Source: an uncultured Fidelibacterota bacterium
Lineage (GTDB): Bacteria > Fidelibacterota > Marinisomatia > Marinisomatales > Marinisomataceae
Length of the DNA: 64,000 nt
NCBI GenBank assembly: GCA_902599655.1
Contig: CACKGC010000003.1
Span: 9,066 to 73,065 of the forward strand
Reading direction: 5' to 3'
Under the pieces are notes generated by a model. That model saw only the letters and a list, made by a program, of their open reading frames with translations. It did no database searches and was not told where the DNA came from. Both the position numbers and the translations under genes were made by a program. Shown here piece by piece: positions 47,040 through 57,859 of this stretch. Numbering within the stretch: position 1 is the first letter of the stretch; each line of letters starts with the position of its first letter.

Positions 47040-48172
47040 CGTTTTAGAGAAATAATTACTTCTGCTCCCCACCCATTTTTCATATCAATAAAGCTCAGCC
47101 CGTTACTTGTGATACCTTTGATAGATATTTGGCTTTCAGAAATTTTTAATATTGGAGCTAGTGTTGAAGCTATTTTTGATTTGTATTTTGAAATTTTTGG
47201 GCTGTTCAATACAACTGAGGCATCAATATTCTCAATGCTAATATTTTGGGGAATTAATGACATTATTTTTTCTAACAATTTAATACTCGAAATATTTTTA
47301 TTTTTGGGGGTATTAGGAAAATGTTGTCCTATATCACCCAAATTTAATGCCCCGCATAATGCATCTATAATAGCATGCGTCAAAACATCTCCATCTGAGT
47401 GTGCAACAGATTTTAAGTTACATTTAATTTTATAACCCCCTATTGTAATGCCAGTTCCTTTTTCTAAAGAATGACAGTCAAGACCAAGCCCAAAAAAAAC
47501 ATTATCTATCAAATTTTTTGAAATCAAATCTATATCTTCTTTTGTTGTAATTTTTGTATTCAAACTTCTATTTTCACAAATTTTTACCTCATAACCACAT
47601 TCTTCAACTAATGAAGCTTCATCTGAATATTCATCGATGTTTTCTAACTTTCTGTCATAAGCATCATGAAGAATTTCTTGATTAAATACTTGTGGTGTTT
47701 CTGCAGTCCATAAGGTTGATCTATCTACAGTAAACTTTGTTTGTCCTGCCTTCACAGATTTTACCGTTTCATTAATTTTTTTTGCTAGCACAACCGCATC
47801 TTCCTTTTTTGAGAAATGTACAAGGTTTAGAATTATTTGTGTTGAGATCAAAGGCCTTGCTGCGTCATGAATAAATATTTTATTTTTCTCATTTTCTGTA
47901 ATTTTGGAAAATGCATTATAAACAGATTGTGCTCTTGTATTTCCTCCTTCACAAACTATTATATCTTTATACCTATCTTCGTTTAATTGATTAAGTATAA
48001 CACTGAGCAATTTTTTTGGAACGGCTAATATTATTTGAGAAAAACATTCTGAATCAAGAAAAGCATCAATAGAATATTTATATACAGGCTTATTGTTTAT
48101 CGTTTCTACCTGCTTATAAGAACCGAATCTTTCTCCTGATCCTGCTCCAACTATAATTGCGATATTTTTCAT
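47030..48172 (-). CDS. ispDF: Bifunctional 2-C-methyl-D-erythritol 4-phosphate cytidylyltransferase / 2,4-cyclodiphosphate synthase
   Basis: N-terminal IspD (IIVGAGSGERFG) fused to C-terminal IspF (GLGLDCHSL, HSDGDVLTHAIIDAL); 380 aa. Confidence 0.9.
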   Translation of the reverse strand: MKNIAIIVGAGSGERFGSYKQVETINNKPVYKYSIDAFLDSECFSQIILAVPKKLLSVILNQLNEDRYKDIIVCEGGNTRAQSVYNAFSKITENEKNKIFIHDAARPLISTQIILNLVHFSKKEDAVVLAKKINETVKSVKAGQTKFTVDRSTLWTAETPQVFNQEILHDAYDRKLENIDEYSDEASLVEECGYEVKICENRSLNTKITTKEDIDLISKNLIDNVFFGLGLDCHSLEKGTGITIGGYKIKCNLKSVAHSDGDVLTHAIIDALCGALNLGDIGQHFPNTPKNKNISSIKLLEKIMSLIPQNISIENIDASVVLNSPKISKYKSKIASTLAPILKISESQISIKGITSNGLSFIDMKNGWGAEVIISLKRWK

Positions 48173-48173
48173 T

Positions 48174-49226
48174 TTATGTGATCAGCATTGAGTCCCCATA
48201 GCTCAAAAATCTATAGTTTTTTTGCTTAGCTACTTTATATGCATCCTTTATGAATTTATATCCTCCAAAAGATGAGGTGAGCATCAATAACGTGCTTTCT
48301 GGTTGATGAAAATTTGTTATCAGTCCATCCACTATTTTAAACTCATGAGGGGGATGAATAAATTTATTTGTCCAGCCTTTTTTAGGAGATATTTGAAATC
48401 CAGAAACATTTACAGTCTCTAATGCTCTAACAGTTGAGGTACCAACTGCAAATATTCTTCTTCTTTTTCTTTTTGCTTCATTGATTGCTACAGCTGTGCT
48501 GGGAGAAACTTCAAAATATTCTGAGTCCATATGGTGCCTATTTAAATCCTCTACCTGTACTGGTTTAAATGTTCCAAGACCTATATGTAAAGTGATGTAG
48601 TAGATATTCACGCCCTTTTTTTCAAGTTTTTTAAGTATTTGAGGCGTAAAGTGAAGTCCAGCAATAGGGGCTGCAACTGCACCTCTTTTTTCAGCATATA
48701 CTGTTTGGTATCTTTCTTTGTCACTAGGCGTTGCTGGTCTTTCAATATATGGTGGTAAAGGAGGGTGGCCAAGCTTATCTAAAATGTCGTCAAAATTGCC
48801 TTTCTCGAACTCAAATCGTACCACTCTTCCGCCTGAAACAGTATTATCAATGACATCGCAAAAAAGACCATCAGATAAAATCAATTTATTACCAATTCGT
48901 ACCTTTCTCGCTGGCTTAACAAGAACCTCCCATAAACGATCACCGAGCTCTCTTAAAAGAAATATTTCAACTTTTGCATCAGTCCTATCTTTGGTTGCAT
49001 AAAGCTTTGCTGGAAATACTTTAGTATTATTTAAAATTAATAAATCATTTTTTTGAAAATAATCTGTAATGTCTGAAAACTTTTTGTGTTTAATGGTTTG
49101 CTCTTCCCTATTCAAAACCATCATTTTTGATCCATCTCTTTTCTGTTTTGGTTTTTGGGCAATAAATTTTTTGGGTAATTGGTACCTAAAATCGCTCAAT
49201 TTATACTTTTTCTTTTTTTCTATCAT
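48174..49226 (-). CDS. queA: S-adenosylmethionine:tRNA ribosyltransferase-isomerase
   Basis: LSDFRYQLPKKFIAQKP, PLPPYI, GAVAAPIAGLHFT, VGTSTVRALE motifs. Confidence 0.95.
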   Translation of the reverse strand: MIEKKKKYKLSDFRYQLPKKFIAQKPKQKRDGSKMMVLNREEQTIKHKKFSDITDYFQKNDLLILNNTKVFPAKLYATKDRTDAKVEIFLLRELGDRLWEVLVKPARKVRIGNKLILSDGLFCDVIDNTVSGGRVVRFEFEKGNFDDILDKLGHPPLPPYIERPATPSDKERYQTVYAEKRGAVAAPIAGLHFTPQILKKLEKKGVNIYYITLHIGLGTFKPVQVEDLNRHHMDSEYFEVSPSTAVAINEAKRKRRRIFAVGTSTVRALETVNVSGFQISPKKGWTNKFIHPPHEFKIVDGLITNFHQPESTLLMLTSSFGGYKFIKDAYKVAKQKNYRFLSYGDSMLIT

Positions 49227-49244
49227 ACAGCTTTAGTTTTCTCC

Positions 49245-50237
49245 TTATTTTTTTAAATCGAATAAAGCATAGGCTTTATCAGTCGCAATTCTTCCTCTTG
49301 AGGTTCTTTCAATGAAACCTTCTTTAATTAGATAAGGTTCATAGACATCTTCAATTGTTTGAATATCTTCGTTAATTGAAATTGCTAATGATTTTCCACC
49401 TGTGGGTCCACCATTATAATTAACAATAAGATTTTTTAAAATTTTACGATCCATGTTTTCCAATCCATTTTCATCAATACCAATACTATCAAGTGAACTC
49501 CTAGCATCTTCAAGCTTAATTTCTTTGACATTTTTTACCTGCGCAAAATCTCTAACTCTTTTTAAAACCCTATTAGCTATTCGCGGTGTTCCTCTTGACC
49601 TTCCTGCTATTTCTATCAACGCATCATCTTGTACATTCATCTCTAAAATCGAAGCTGTTCTTTTTAATATTTTGAAGATTTCGTTTTTTTGGTAAAAATC
49701 CAATCTAAAAATTGCACCGAATCTATCTCGCATTGGTGTAGAAATATTTCCTAGCCTGGTTGTTGCACCAACTAATGTAAACGGCTCTAAATCAATCCTT
49801 ACTGTTCTTGCATTCGGTCCTGAGTCTATTAAAATATCAATTTTAAAATCTTCCATTGCAGAATAAAGGTATTCTTCAACTGTAGTATTAACTCTATGTA
49901 TTTCATCTATGAAAAACACGTCTCTATCTTGAAGGTTGGTCAACATTCCTGAAAGATCTCCTGGTATTGATATAACTGGACCCGAAGTAGATAAAAATCC
50001 TTTTTCAAGCTCTGTGGCAATAATATTTGAAAGTGTTGTCTTCCCAAGTCCTGGGGGGCCATATAAAAGTATATGGTCTAATGCTTCCCCTCTTTGTTTT
50101 GCTGCGGTTATATAAGTTTTTAAAGATTTAACAATGGATGCTTGCCCAATGAAATCATTGAAAAGATTTGGTCTGATTTGTTTATCAAAATTTTTTTCTT
50201 CGCTCGAAGATATAACTATTTTTTGTTCATCAGTCAC
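49245..50237 (-). CDS. ruvB: Holliday junction branch migration helicase RuvB
   Basis: RPNLFNDFIGQ, Walker A GPPGLGKTT, FIDEIHR, GATTRLG, RGTPRIANR. Confidence 0.95.
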   Translation of the reverse strand: MTDEQKIVISSSEEKNFDKQIRPNLFNDFIGQASIVKSLKTYITAAKQRGEALDHILLYGPPGLGKTTLSNIIATELEKGFLSTSGPVISIPGDLSGMLTNLQDRDVFFIDEIHRVNTTVEEYLYSAMEDFKIDILIDSGPNARTVRIDLEPFTLVGATTRLGNISTPMRDRFGAIFRLDFYQKNEIFKILKRTASILEMNVQDDALIEIAGRSRGTPRIANRVLKRVRDFAQVKNVKEIKLEDARSSLDSIGIDENGLENMDRKILKNLIVNYNGGPTGGKSLAISINEDIQTIEDVYEPYLIKEGFIERTSRGRIATDKAYALFDLKK

Positions 50238-50278
50238 GATATACTAAGATAAATAGGGAATGCCCGTTATCCAAAAAA

Positions 50279-53092
50279 TTATTTTAGAACTTTTTTAAGA
50301 AATTTTCCTGTAATTGAGCTTTGGTTTCTAGATAGCTCTTCCACTGTTCCTTGTGCAACAACTGTTCCACCGCCTTCTCCACCTTCTGGCCCTAGGTCAA
50401 TAACCCAATCAGCGCATTTCACTACATCTAAATTATGTTCGATTACAATAATAGTATTACCTTGATCTACAAGCTTTTGTAAAACAGATAATAACATTTG
50501 AATATCATCAACATGTAATCCTGTTGTTGGCTCATCAAGAAAATATACGGTATTTTTTGTACTTGTTTTTGATAGCTCAGTAGAAAGCTTAATTCTTTGT
50601 GCCTCTCCGCCAGACAGTGTTGTAGCCTGTTGTCCCAACTTTATATATCCCAAACCAACATCATACAATGTGTCTAATCTTTTTTTAATAGGCTGTATGT
50701 TTTTAAAAAATACTCTAGCATCTTCTACTGACATATTTAATATATCATCAATGTTTTTATTTTTATATTCAATTTGTAGGGTTTCTTTGTTATACCTTTT
50801 ACCATTACAATCGTCGCAATTAACATAAACATCTGGCAAAAAATTCATTTCAATTTTTATAATGCCTGCTCCTTGACAGGATTCACATCTACCGCCTTTT
50901 ACATTAAAAGAAAATCTTCCAATCTTATAACCCCTTATTTTTGCTTCCCTGGTTTGTGCAAATAAATCTCTAATGTGAGTAAAAATTCCAGTGTAAGTAG
51001 CGGGGTTAGATCTTGGGGTTTTACCAATTGGTTTTTGATCTACATTTATAACTCTTTCTATTTTATCTGTTCTTACAAGATTTTTAAATGGAAGCATGTC
51101 TTTTACGCCAAAATTCACCATATTAGATAGCGCTGGATAGAGGGTTTGATTAATCAAAGAGCTTTTTCCACTTCCTGATACACCTGTAATAGCAATGAGC
51201 CTCTCATATGGAAAGCTGACATCTACGTTTTTCAAATTATTGCCAGAAGCTCCAATTATTGAAAAATGATCAAAGGTTGTGGTCCTATAATTTGGTAAAG
51301 AAATAAATTTTTCTCCTGATAAATATTTACCTGTTAAGCTTTTTTTATGTTTTGTTATTTGTTCTAGCTTGCCTGAAAAAACAACTTCTCCGCCATGAAA
51401 TCCAGCCTTTGGCCCCATATCAATAATTTGATCAGCTGATTCTATAGTATCTAAATCGTGCTCAACCACTATTACTGTGTTACCGATTTCTTTAAGTGAT
51501 TTTAAAGTATCTAGCAGTCTATCATTATCTCTGGGGTGTAAACCAATGGATGGTTCATCCAACACATACAACACTCCAGTCAATTGGGAACCAACCTGAG
51601 ACGCTAGTCTAATTCTTTGAGCCTCCCCTCCGGAAAGCGTGCGGGAAGCTCTATCAAGTGTTAAATAATTCAAGCCAACATTAATGAGGAAACTGAGTCT
51701 TTTTTTGGTCTCATTTAAAATTCCTCCTGCTATTTCATTTTGGCTTTTTGTCAATTCAAGTTTTTCAAAAAATTCTAATGTGTCAGAAATGTTTTTTGAA
51801 CAAACCTCTCCAATGTTAATTGAACCGACCCTTACATTTAATGAAGAGTCTTTAAGTCTTTTTCCTTTACAGCCATCACAAACCCTTGTACTCATAAAGC
51901 TTTCAATCCATCTTCTTATTCCAAACGACTGGGTTTGTTTATACCTTCTTTGAAGTTCAGGAATAACCCCCTCCCATTTTCCTTTATATGTTCCAGAAAA
52001 GTTAGAGCTATTATAATCCACATTAATTTTTTTACCACTTAAACCATATAATAAAATTGTTCTTATTTCTTTTGAGAGTTTGTTCCAAGGTTTTGAGAAC
52101 GATAAATCAAATTCTCGTGCAAGCGCTCTTAGCTTGCTGCCATGAAATCCTTTAGGTTGACTTCCAATAGGTTTAATTGCTTCCTGAATTAGAGATTTTT
52201 TGGTATCTGGAACTACAAGATTTGGATCTATCTCTGTTATATATCCTAATCCATCACATTGTTGGCAAGCGCCATATGGAGAATTAAAGGAAAACATTCT
52301 TGGTGTTAAATCTGTCATCATAACATAGGGGTGATAAGCGCATGCAAAATGTTCGCTAAATAAGTAGTCTTCTTTACTGTTAATATTTATTACGCAAATT
52401 CCATTGCCCATACTTAGGGCCAACTCAACAGATTCTAAAAGCCTCGATTTAATATCTTTTTCAACTAGGACTCTATCAACCAGAACGTCTATGTTGTGGT
52501 TTTTATTTTTTTCTAGTGAAGGTATTTTTCTTATAGAAACAATTTCTTTGTCTATTCTAGCCCTGAGAAATCCCTTCTTTTTTAATTCTTCAAGAACCGT
52601 TTTATGTTCTCCTTTTCTACCCTGAACTACTGGAGATAATATATATGCTTTTTCTCCTTTGTGAGATTTTAAAATTTGTTCTACTATTTGTTCTGGAGAT
52701 TGTCTTGTAATTGGTCTTGAACATTCCCAACAATGTGGCTGTCCTATACTAGCATAAAGTAATCTTAAATAGTCGTGAATTTCTGTAATTGTGCCAACAG
52801 TAGATCTTGGATTGCGTGAACCTGTTTTTTGTTCAATTGATATTGCTGGAGATAGACCTTCGATTGTATCAACATCAGGTTTTTCCATTAGATCAAGAAA
52901 TTGTCTTGCATATGCTGAAAGAGATTCGACGTATCTTCTCTGCCCTTCGGCATAAATTGTATCAAAAGCCAGTGATGACTTACCAGAGCCAGATGGCCCT
53001 GTGATAACCACTAATTTATTTTTTTCAATATCAACAGAAATGTCTTTCAAATTGTGTTGTCTAGCGCCACGTATTTTTAACTTATTTTTCAT
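50279..53092 (-). CDS. uvrA: Excinuclease ABC subunit A
   Basis: 937 aa; two ABC modules ([18 protein letters not shown]; LSGGEAQR twice); Cys-cluster zinc modules (CWEC, CQQC, CDGC, CESC, CDDC). Confidence 0.97.
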   Translation of the reverse strand: MKNKLKIRGARQHNLKDISVDIEKNKLVVITGPSGSGKSSLAFDTIYAEGQRRYVESLSAYARQFLDLMEKPDVDTIEGLSPAISIEQKTGSRNPRSTVGTITEIHDYLRLLYASIGQPHCWECSRPITRQSPEQIVEQILKSHKGEKAYILSPVVQGRKGEHKTVLEELKKKGFLRARIDKEIVSIRKIPSLEKNKNHNIDVLVDRVLVEKDIKSRLLESVELALSMGNGICVININSKEDYLFSEHFACAYHPYVMMTDLTPRMFSFNSPYGACQQCDGLGYITEIDPNLVVPDTKKSLIQEAIKPIGSQPKGFHGSKLRALAREFDLSFSKPWNKLSKEIRTILLYGLSGKKINVDYNSSNFSGTYKGKWEGVIPELQRRYKQTQSFGIRRWIESFMSTRVCDGCKGKRLKDSSLNVRVGSINIGEVCSKNISDTLEFFEKLELTKSQNEIAGGILNETKKRLSFLINVGLNYLTLDRASRTLSGGEAQRIRLASQVGSQLTGVLYVLDEPSIGLHPRDNDRLLDTLKSLKEIGNTVIVVEHDLDTIESADQIIDMGPKAGFHGGEVVFSGKLEQITKHKKSLTGKYLSGEKFISLPNYRTTTFDHFSIIGASGNNLKNVDVSFPYERLIAITGVSGSGKSSLINQTLYPALSNMVNFGVKDMLPFKNLVRTDKIERVINVDQKPIGKTPRSNPATYTGIFTHIRDLFAQTREAKIRGYKIGRFSFNVKGGRCESCQGAGIIKIEMNFLPDVYVNCDDCNGKRYNKETLQIEYKNKNIDDILNMSVEDARVFFKNIQPIKKRLDTLYDVGLGYIKLGQQATTLSGGEAQRIKLSTELSKTSTKNTVYFLDEPTTGLHVDDIQMLLSVLQKLVDQGNTIIVIEHNLDVVKCADWVIDLGPEGGEGGGTVVAQGTVEELSRNQSSITGKFLKKVLK

Positions 53093-53173
53093 ATTTATTG
53101 TAAAAATTTGACTTATAACTTACTTAACTCTGGATATGATTCAAAAAAGGATTTATGTTTTATAAAATAAAAA

Positions 53174-53719
53174 ATGAAAAGTCTAAAAAATAAACTGTTG
53201 ATTTCAATGCCAAACATGGTCGATCCTTACTTCGCAAAAAGCGTGATTTTCATTTGCGAAGATGACACAAATGGTACAATGGGCATTATAGTAAATAAGC
53301 CAATTAGCCAAATGAAGATTGTTAGCTCTGGGATTAAAAATAAAATATTTGAAGATATTATAAATGAATCCGAAAAAATTTTTTTTGGCGGACCCGTCAG
53401 GTTGAATGAAGCCTGTATTGTTCAAAAAAATACTGGTAGATCTGACGATTTTGCTGAAAAAATTGAATTATCCACAGACTTGGATCTTATACAAGAAATA
53501 TTATTCAATGAGGAAACACCAAAAGATACAAAGCTTATTTTCGGTCACGCTGCTTGGGATAAAAACCAGCTACAAGAAGAAATTGAAAGGGGAGATTGGT
53601 TAATCCAAGAGTATAGTGACTCTATTTTTAAATCTTCCCCGAAAGATTTATGGAATGAACTAATTCATATGTTTGGTCTAGATAATTATGGATTTGTTGG
53701 GACAAGTGGAATATCATGA
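53174..53719 (+). CDS. YqgE/AlgH-family protein (UPF0301)
   Basis: YFAKSVIFICEDDTNGTMGIIVNKP, FFGGPV, GHAAWDKNQLQEEIERGDWL. Confidence 0.85.
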   Translation: MKSLKNKLLISMPNMVDPYFAKSVIFICEDDTNGTMGIIVNKPISQMKIVSSGIKNKIFEDIINESEKIFFGGPVRLNEACIVQKNTGRSDDFAEKIELSTDLDLIQEILFNEETPKDTKLIFGHAAWDKNQLQEEIERGDWLIQEYSDSIFKSSPKDLWNELIHMFGLDNYGFVGTSGIS

Positions 53720-53865
53720 TAAAAAATATTAAAAAAATTCAACGTGATATTAAAAGCAAGAAAGCAACAAAAGCTACGAACGGTATGCAGTTAATAGCCA
53801 ACGGCATAGCGATATTAAAGAAGGGTTTTGGTCTTGTTTTTTCTGAAATCTTTAAAAAAAACTAA
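53716..53865 (+). CDS. Possible small protein (49 aa), Lys-rich N-terminus plus hydrophobic segment
   Basis: Read by hand and below the ORF-track cut-off. The ATG overlaps the yqgE-like stop (ATGA). Translation: MIKNIKKIQRDIKSKKATKATNGMQLIANGIAILKKGFGLVFSEIFKKN. Its stop overlaps the stop of the convergent reductase gene. No homology evidence. Confidence 0.25.
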   Translation: MIKNIKKIQRDIKSKKATKATNGMQLIANGIAILKKGFGLVFSEIFKKN

Positions 53866-54641
53866 AGGGAACGGTGCTCTCCACCATCACAAAAAATAGT
53901 AGAACAATTCACAAAGTCTGCTTTATCATTTAATAATAATGACACTAATCCTGCTACGTCTTCCGGCGTAGTAACTCTTTTCATCGGGTTTCTTTCTTTT
54001 GTTCTTTCAACCCAATCTTCCCAATCTGTTGATATCTTTGTTAATGCTCTGGTTGGTGTAATGCCAGCTTGAATAGTGTTTGCCGTAATTCCTTGGCTTC
54101 CAAGCTCCCATCCAATTTGTCGAACTACAGCCTCCAAAGAAGCTTTGGCAACCCCTACGGGGCCGTACCCCTCCATAGCTTTATAGCTTCCTTCACTGGT
54201 TAAGCCTAGGATTCTTGAACCTGATATTAGAAGATTATTTTCCAATAAAGCTTGTGTCCAATATATTAAACAATGAGCCATGACATGTTGGGTCATGTCC
54301 ATTTGCCTTTGTCTTACTGGGGTTGGATTAAAGAAATTAGTTGTACTTCCAAATGCAATGGAATGCATAAGTAGCTTTACTTTTCCGTTTTCAAGGATGG
54401 TTTTGATTTCTTCCATTTTCGAAAACATAACCTCTTTATCAGCGGCATTTTCATTCCAAAACTTTACTCTGTTACTGTTTAAAGAGGCTATTTCTTCTTG
54501 TAGGCGGGCGGCGTCTTTCTTTATAGATCCTCTATCCAAATGAAAACCAATTATACCATACCCCTCTGTCGCTAACTGTTTAGCGATTGCTGCTCCATGT
54601 CCTGTTGAACATCCTAATATAATAGCCCATTTATTTTCCAT
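53862..54641 (-). CDS. SDR-family oxidoreductase, enoyl-ACP reductase (FabL/FabI-like) candidate
   Basis: N-terminal dinucleotide fold ILGCSTGHGAAIA. The catalytic spacing is Y-X6-K (YGPVGVAK), typical of enoyl-ACP reductases, rather than the YxxxK of classical SDRs. Confidence 0.55.
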   Translation of the reverse strand: MENKWAIILGCSTGHGAAIAKQLATEGYGIIGFHLDRGSIKKDAARLQEEIASLNSNRVKFWNENAADKEVMFSKMEEIKTILENGKVKLLMHSIAFGSTTNFFNPTPVRQRQMDMTQHVMAHCLIYWTQALLENNLLISGSRILGLTSEGSYKAMEGYGPVGVAKASLEAVVRQIGWELGSQGITANTIQAGITPTRALTKISTDWEDWVERTKERNPMKRVTTPEDVAGLVSLLLNDKADFVNCSTIFCDGGEHRSL

Positions 54642-54691
54642 AAGATTTCAATTTAATAAATACTCATCCAATTAAGTATTATATTCTCACA

Positions 54692-55783
54692 ATGAATTTA
54701 AACTGTGGATTTGTAGGACTGCCAAATGTGGGTAAATCAACCCTATTTAATGCATTAAGCAAAAATAATATTGCTGCCGAAAATTATCCATTTTGTACCA
54801 TTGAACCGAATACTGGTATTGTAGAAGTTCCTGATGAAAGGCTTGAAAAGCTTACAAAAATATTCAATCCTGAAAAAACAATTCACAACACTGTTGAATT
54901 TATTGATATTGCTGGTTTAGTTAAAAACGCACATCAGGGTGAAGGTTTAGGTAATCAATTTCTATCCCAAATTAGATCTGTTAATGTAATTATTCAGGTT
55001 GTTCGTTTTTTTAATGACGACAATATTACGCATGTGGAAAGCAGAGTCGATCCTTTAGATGATATGGAAATTATCAATACTGAGCTCATACTAGCAGATA
55101 TAAAAACAATTGAAAGAAGTCTTGAAAAAAATGTTAAACTTATTAAGGCTAACAAACCAGAAGGAAGGTTGGCGGAAGAGGTTTTAACAAACCTTTTAAA
55201 TCATATGAACAATGGTCTTGCCGCTCGCTCTTTTGAAAGAAACTCAAAAGAAGATCCTGTAATAAAAAACCTTTTTCTTTTAACAGATAAGCCCATGATA
55301 TATGTTGCCAATATTGATGATAACACAGAAGATTCTGGCTTGTTTCAAAGCGCTGTTGAGGTTGCAAACAAAAATAAATCTTCATTAATTAAAATTAATG
55401 GAAAACTAGAATCAGAAATGGCTGATTTTAATGAAGAAGAAAAAAAACTAATTCTTGAAGACTATGGAATTAAAGAAAGTGGGCTTGATGCACTTATAAA
55501 AGAAGCTTATAGCACTTTAGGCCTCGAGACTTTTTTCACTTGCGGCGAAAAAGAAGTACGTGCATGGACAATGAAAAAGGGTTCTCAGGCTGTTGAAGCT
55601 GCTGGAGAAATTCATACAGATTTCGCAACCAAATTCATTAAAGCAGAAATTTATACATTCGATGATGCAATGAACAATAAGGAAAAAATTAACGAATTGA
55701 AGACAATGGGCTTGGTGAAAATGGTTGGAAGAGACTATATTATGCAAGAAGGAGATATTGCATACTTCATTAAAGGACAATGA
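54692..55783 (+). CDS. ychF: Redox-regulated ribosome-binding ATPase YchF
   Basis: GFVGLPNVGKSTLFNA, DIAGLV, central coiled-coil insert, C-terminal TGS-like domain; 363 aa. Confidence 0.95.
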   Translation: MNLNCGFVGLPNVGKSTLFNALSKNNIAAENYPFCTIEPNTGIVEVPDERLEKLTKIFNPEKTIHNTVEFIDIAGLVKNAHQGEGLGNQFLSQIRSVNVIIQVVRFFNDDNITHVESRVDPLDDMEIINTELILADIKTIERSLEKNVKLIKANKPEGRLAEEVLTNLLNHMNNGLAARSFERNSKEDPVIKNLFLLTDKPMIYVANIDDNTEDSGLFQSAVEVANKNKSSLIKINGKLESEMADFNEEEKKLILEDYGIKESGLDALIKEAYSTLGLETFFTCGEKEVRAWTMKKGSQAVEAAGEIHTDFATKFIKAEIYTFDDAMNNKEKINELKTMGLVKMVGRDYIMQEGDIAYFIKGQ

Positions 55784-56763
55784 GCGATAAAAAACCTAAA
55801 ATTGGTGTTGTTGGCGCAGGCCATCTTGGTAAACATCACATAAAACACCTATCAAATCACAGTGGTGTCGAATTTGTTGGTGTCTTTGATATCAACACTG
55901 AATCTCTAAAAAATATATGTAGTGAATTTTCTGTAAAAGCGTTGCAAAGCATCGAAGAAATAATTTCCTCCTGCGAGGCAGTACACATAGTTACACCCAC
56001 AAATACACACTTTGACATTGCCAAAAAATTTTTGGATCATAAAAAAGATGTATTTATTGAAAAACCTATAACAAACACAGTTGAAGAGGCTTCGTCTCTA
56101 ATTAGTCTTGCAAAAGAAAATGGGTGTATTATTCAGGTTGGTCATATTGAACGATTTAATCCCACAATTAATAGGCTTAAAGAGTTGGTTGACAATCCAC
56201 ACTATATCGAAATTGAAAGACTTGCGCCATTTCAGGCAAGAGGAACTGAGGTCCCCGTTGTGCTAGATCTAATGGTGCACGATATTGACTTAATTTTAGA
56301 GATGGTTGATAGCCCGCTAGAAAGTGTTCAAGCAAGCGGAGCAAAAATGATGAGTAACACTGTCGATTTAGCGCATGCGCATATAAAATTTAAAAATGGT
56401 GTTGTTGCGAACTTAAAATCGAGTAGAATCTCTCAAAATTATGTTAGAAAAATACGAACATATCAAAAAAATTTTTACAGTATTACAGACCTTATGATTC
56501 CTCAAATTGAATTATATGGCCTAGAGCATCATAACATGTTTTCTGAAAAGTTAAAGTCTCAAGAAGTTGAGACCAACTCTGGCGTAAAAACACTTTATTA
56601 TGAAAAATTTGTACCAGAAAATAAGGATGCTTTACTTGAAGAAATCAATGACTTTGTTCACTGTATAAACACAAGGTCTAAGCCAAATGTTGATGGGCAG
56701 GCTGGAGCAAAAGCATTAGAAATAGCACTGCAAATAGAAAGTAAAATATTTTTAAATGAGTAA
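55780..56763 (+). CDS. Gfo/Idh/MocA-family NAD(P)-dependent oxidoreductase
   Basis: Rossmann N-terminus IGVVGAGHLGKHH, FIEKPIT (EKP motif), C-terminal alpha/beta domain. ATGA overlap with ychF and an 8-nt overlap with lpxB. Confidence 0.8.
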   Translation: MSDKKPKIGVVGAGHLGKHHIKHLSNHSGVEFVGVFDINTESLKNICSEFSVKALQSIEEIISSCEAVHIVTPTNTHFDIAKKFLDHKKDVFIEKPITNTVEEASSLISLAKENGCIIQVGHIERFNPTINRLKELVDNPHYIEIERLAPFQARGTEVPVVLDLMVHDIDLILEMVDSPLESVQASGAKMMSNTVDLAHAHIKFKNGVVANLKSSRISQNYVRKIRTYQKNFYSITDLMIPQIELYGLEHHNMFSEKLKSQEVETNSGVKTLYYEKFVPENKDALLEEINDFVHCINTRSKPNVDGQAGAKALEIALQIESKIFLNE

Positions 56764-57859
56764 AGAAAAAATTTTTATTATTTCTGGTGAAGACTCTGGT
56801 GATCTTCACGGCGCTAAGCTCATAGCATCTATAAAGCAGATTAATCCAAAAGCCGAATTTTTTGGAATTGGTGGCAACAGAATGCAAAGAGAAGGGTTGC
56901 AGCTTACAGAGCACATTAAAAATTTAAATGTCATTGGTATTTTTGAGGTAGTAAAGCACTATTCAAGAATTAAAAAAATATTTAACAATACAGTTAATGA
57001 AATAAAAAAAATAAACCCTGATAAAGTAATCCTAATTGATTATCCAGGGTTTAACTTAAGACTAGCAAAAAAACTTAGCACCCTAAACGTGAATATAACG
57101 TATTTCATTTTACCTCAAGTTTGGGCGTGGAAAGAATCGCGAATTAAAACATTACAGCACTGCTGTAAAAAATTAATTAGCATTATCCCTTTTGAGCAAA
57201 AATGGTTTTCCGAAAAAAATATATCTGTACACTATGCAGGACACCCTCTTTCGGAGTTAAGCAATCTAACTTTTAATAGGGGATCATTTTGCGAAAAACA
57301 TGGCATTCCAGAAGAAAACAAAATCATTGTGCTAATGCCCGGCAGCAGATCAATTGAAATCCGAAGACATTGGAGAATTTTTGAAAAAACAGTGCAAATA
57401 CTTCAAAAACAACATCAAAATTTAAGTTTTGTTTTGCTTGAAGGAGATAATGTCAAGATAAACTCAGGTGTGGACGTTATTAAAATTAGACAAAACCAAT
57501 ATGAAGCAATTGGTGTGGCAGATGCTGCTGTTGTTTGCTCGGGCACTGCTACTTTAGAAACAGCAATGTTAAAATGTCCTATGGTAGTTTGTTATAAGCT
57601 ATCATTTCCAACATGGATTTTGGCTCAAATGCTATCTAAAGTAAAATATCTTTCTTTAGCAAACTTAATTGCTGAAGAAAAGGTCGTAGATGAATACCTT
57701 CAAAATCAAATGTCTGCAAAAAACCTTGCAGACGGGGTTGATAGTTTGTTAAAAAATGAAAATCGTGATATTGTTGTTAAAAAGTATAACAGATTAATTG
57801 AGAAGTTAAAAACCAATGAAAACCCGTATGCCTCTGCTGCGCGCTATATATATGATTAA
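56756..57859 (+). CDS. lpxB: Lipid-A-disaccharide synthase
   Basis: IISGEDSGDLHGAKLI, LIDYPGFNLRLAKK, GTATLETAML motifs; 367 aa. Confidence 0.9.
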   Translation: MSKEKIFIISGEDSGDLHGAKLIASIKQINPKAEFFGIGGNRMQREGLQLTEHIKNLNVIGIFEVVKHYSRIKKIFNNTVNEIKKINPDKVILIDYPGFNLRLAKKLSTLNVNITYFILPQVWAWKESRIKTLQHCCKKLISIIPFEQKWFSEKNISVHYAGHPLSELSNLTFNRGSFCEKHGIPEENKIIVLMPGSRSIEIRRHWRIFEKTVQILQKQHQNLSFVLLEGDNVKINSGVDVIKIRQNQYEAIGVADAAVVCSGTATLETAMLKCPMVVCYKLSFPTWILAQMLSKVKYLSLANLIAEEKVVDEYLQNQMSAKNLADGVDSLLKNENRDIVVKKYNRLIEKLKTNENPYASAARYIYD

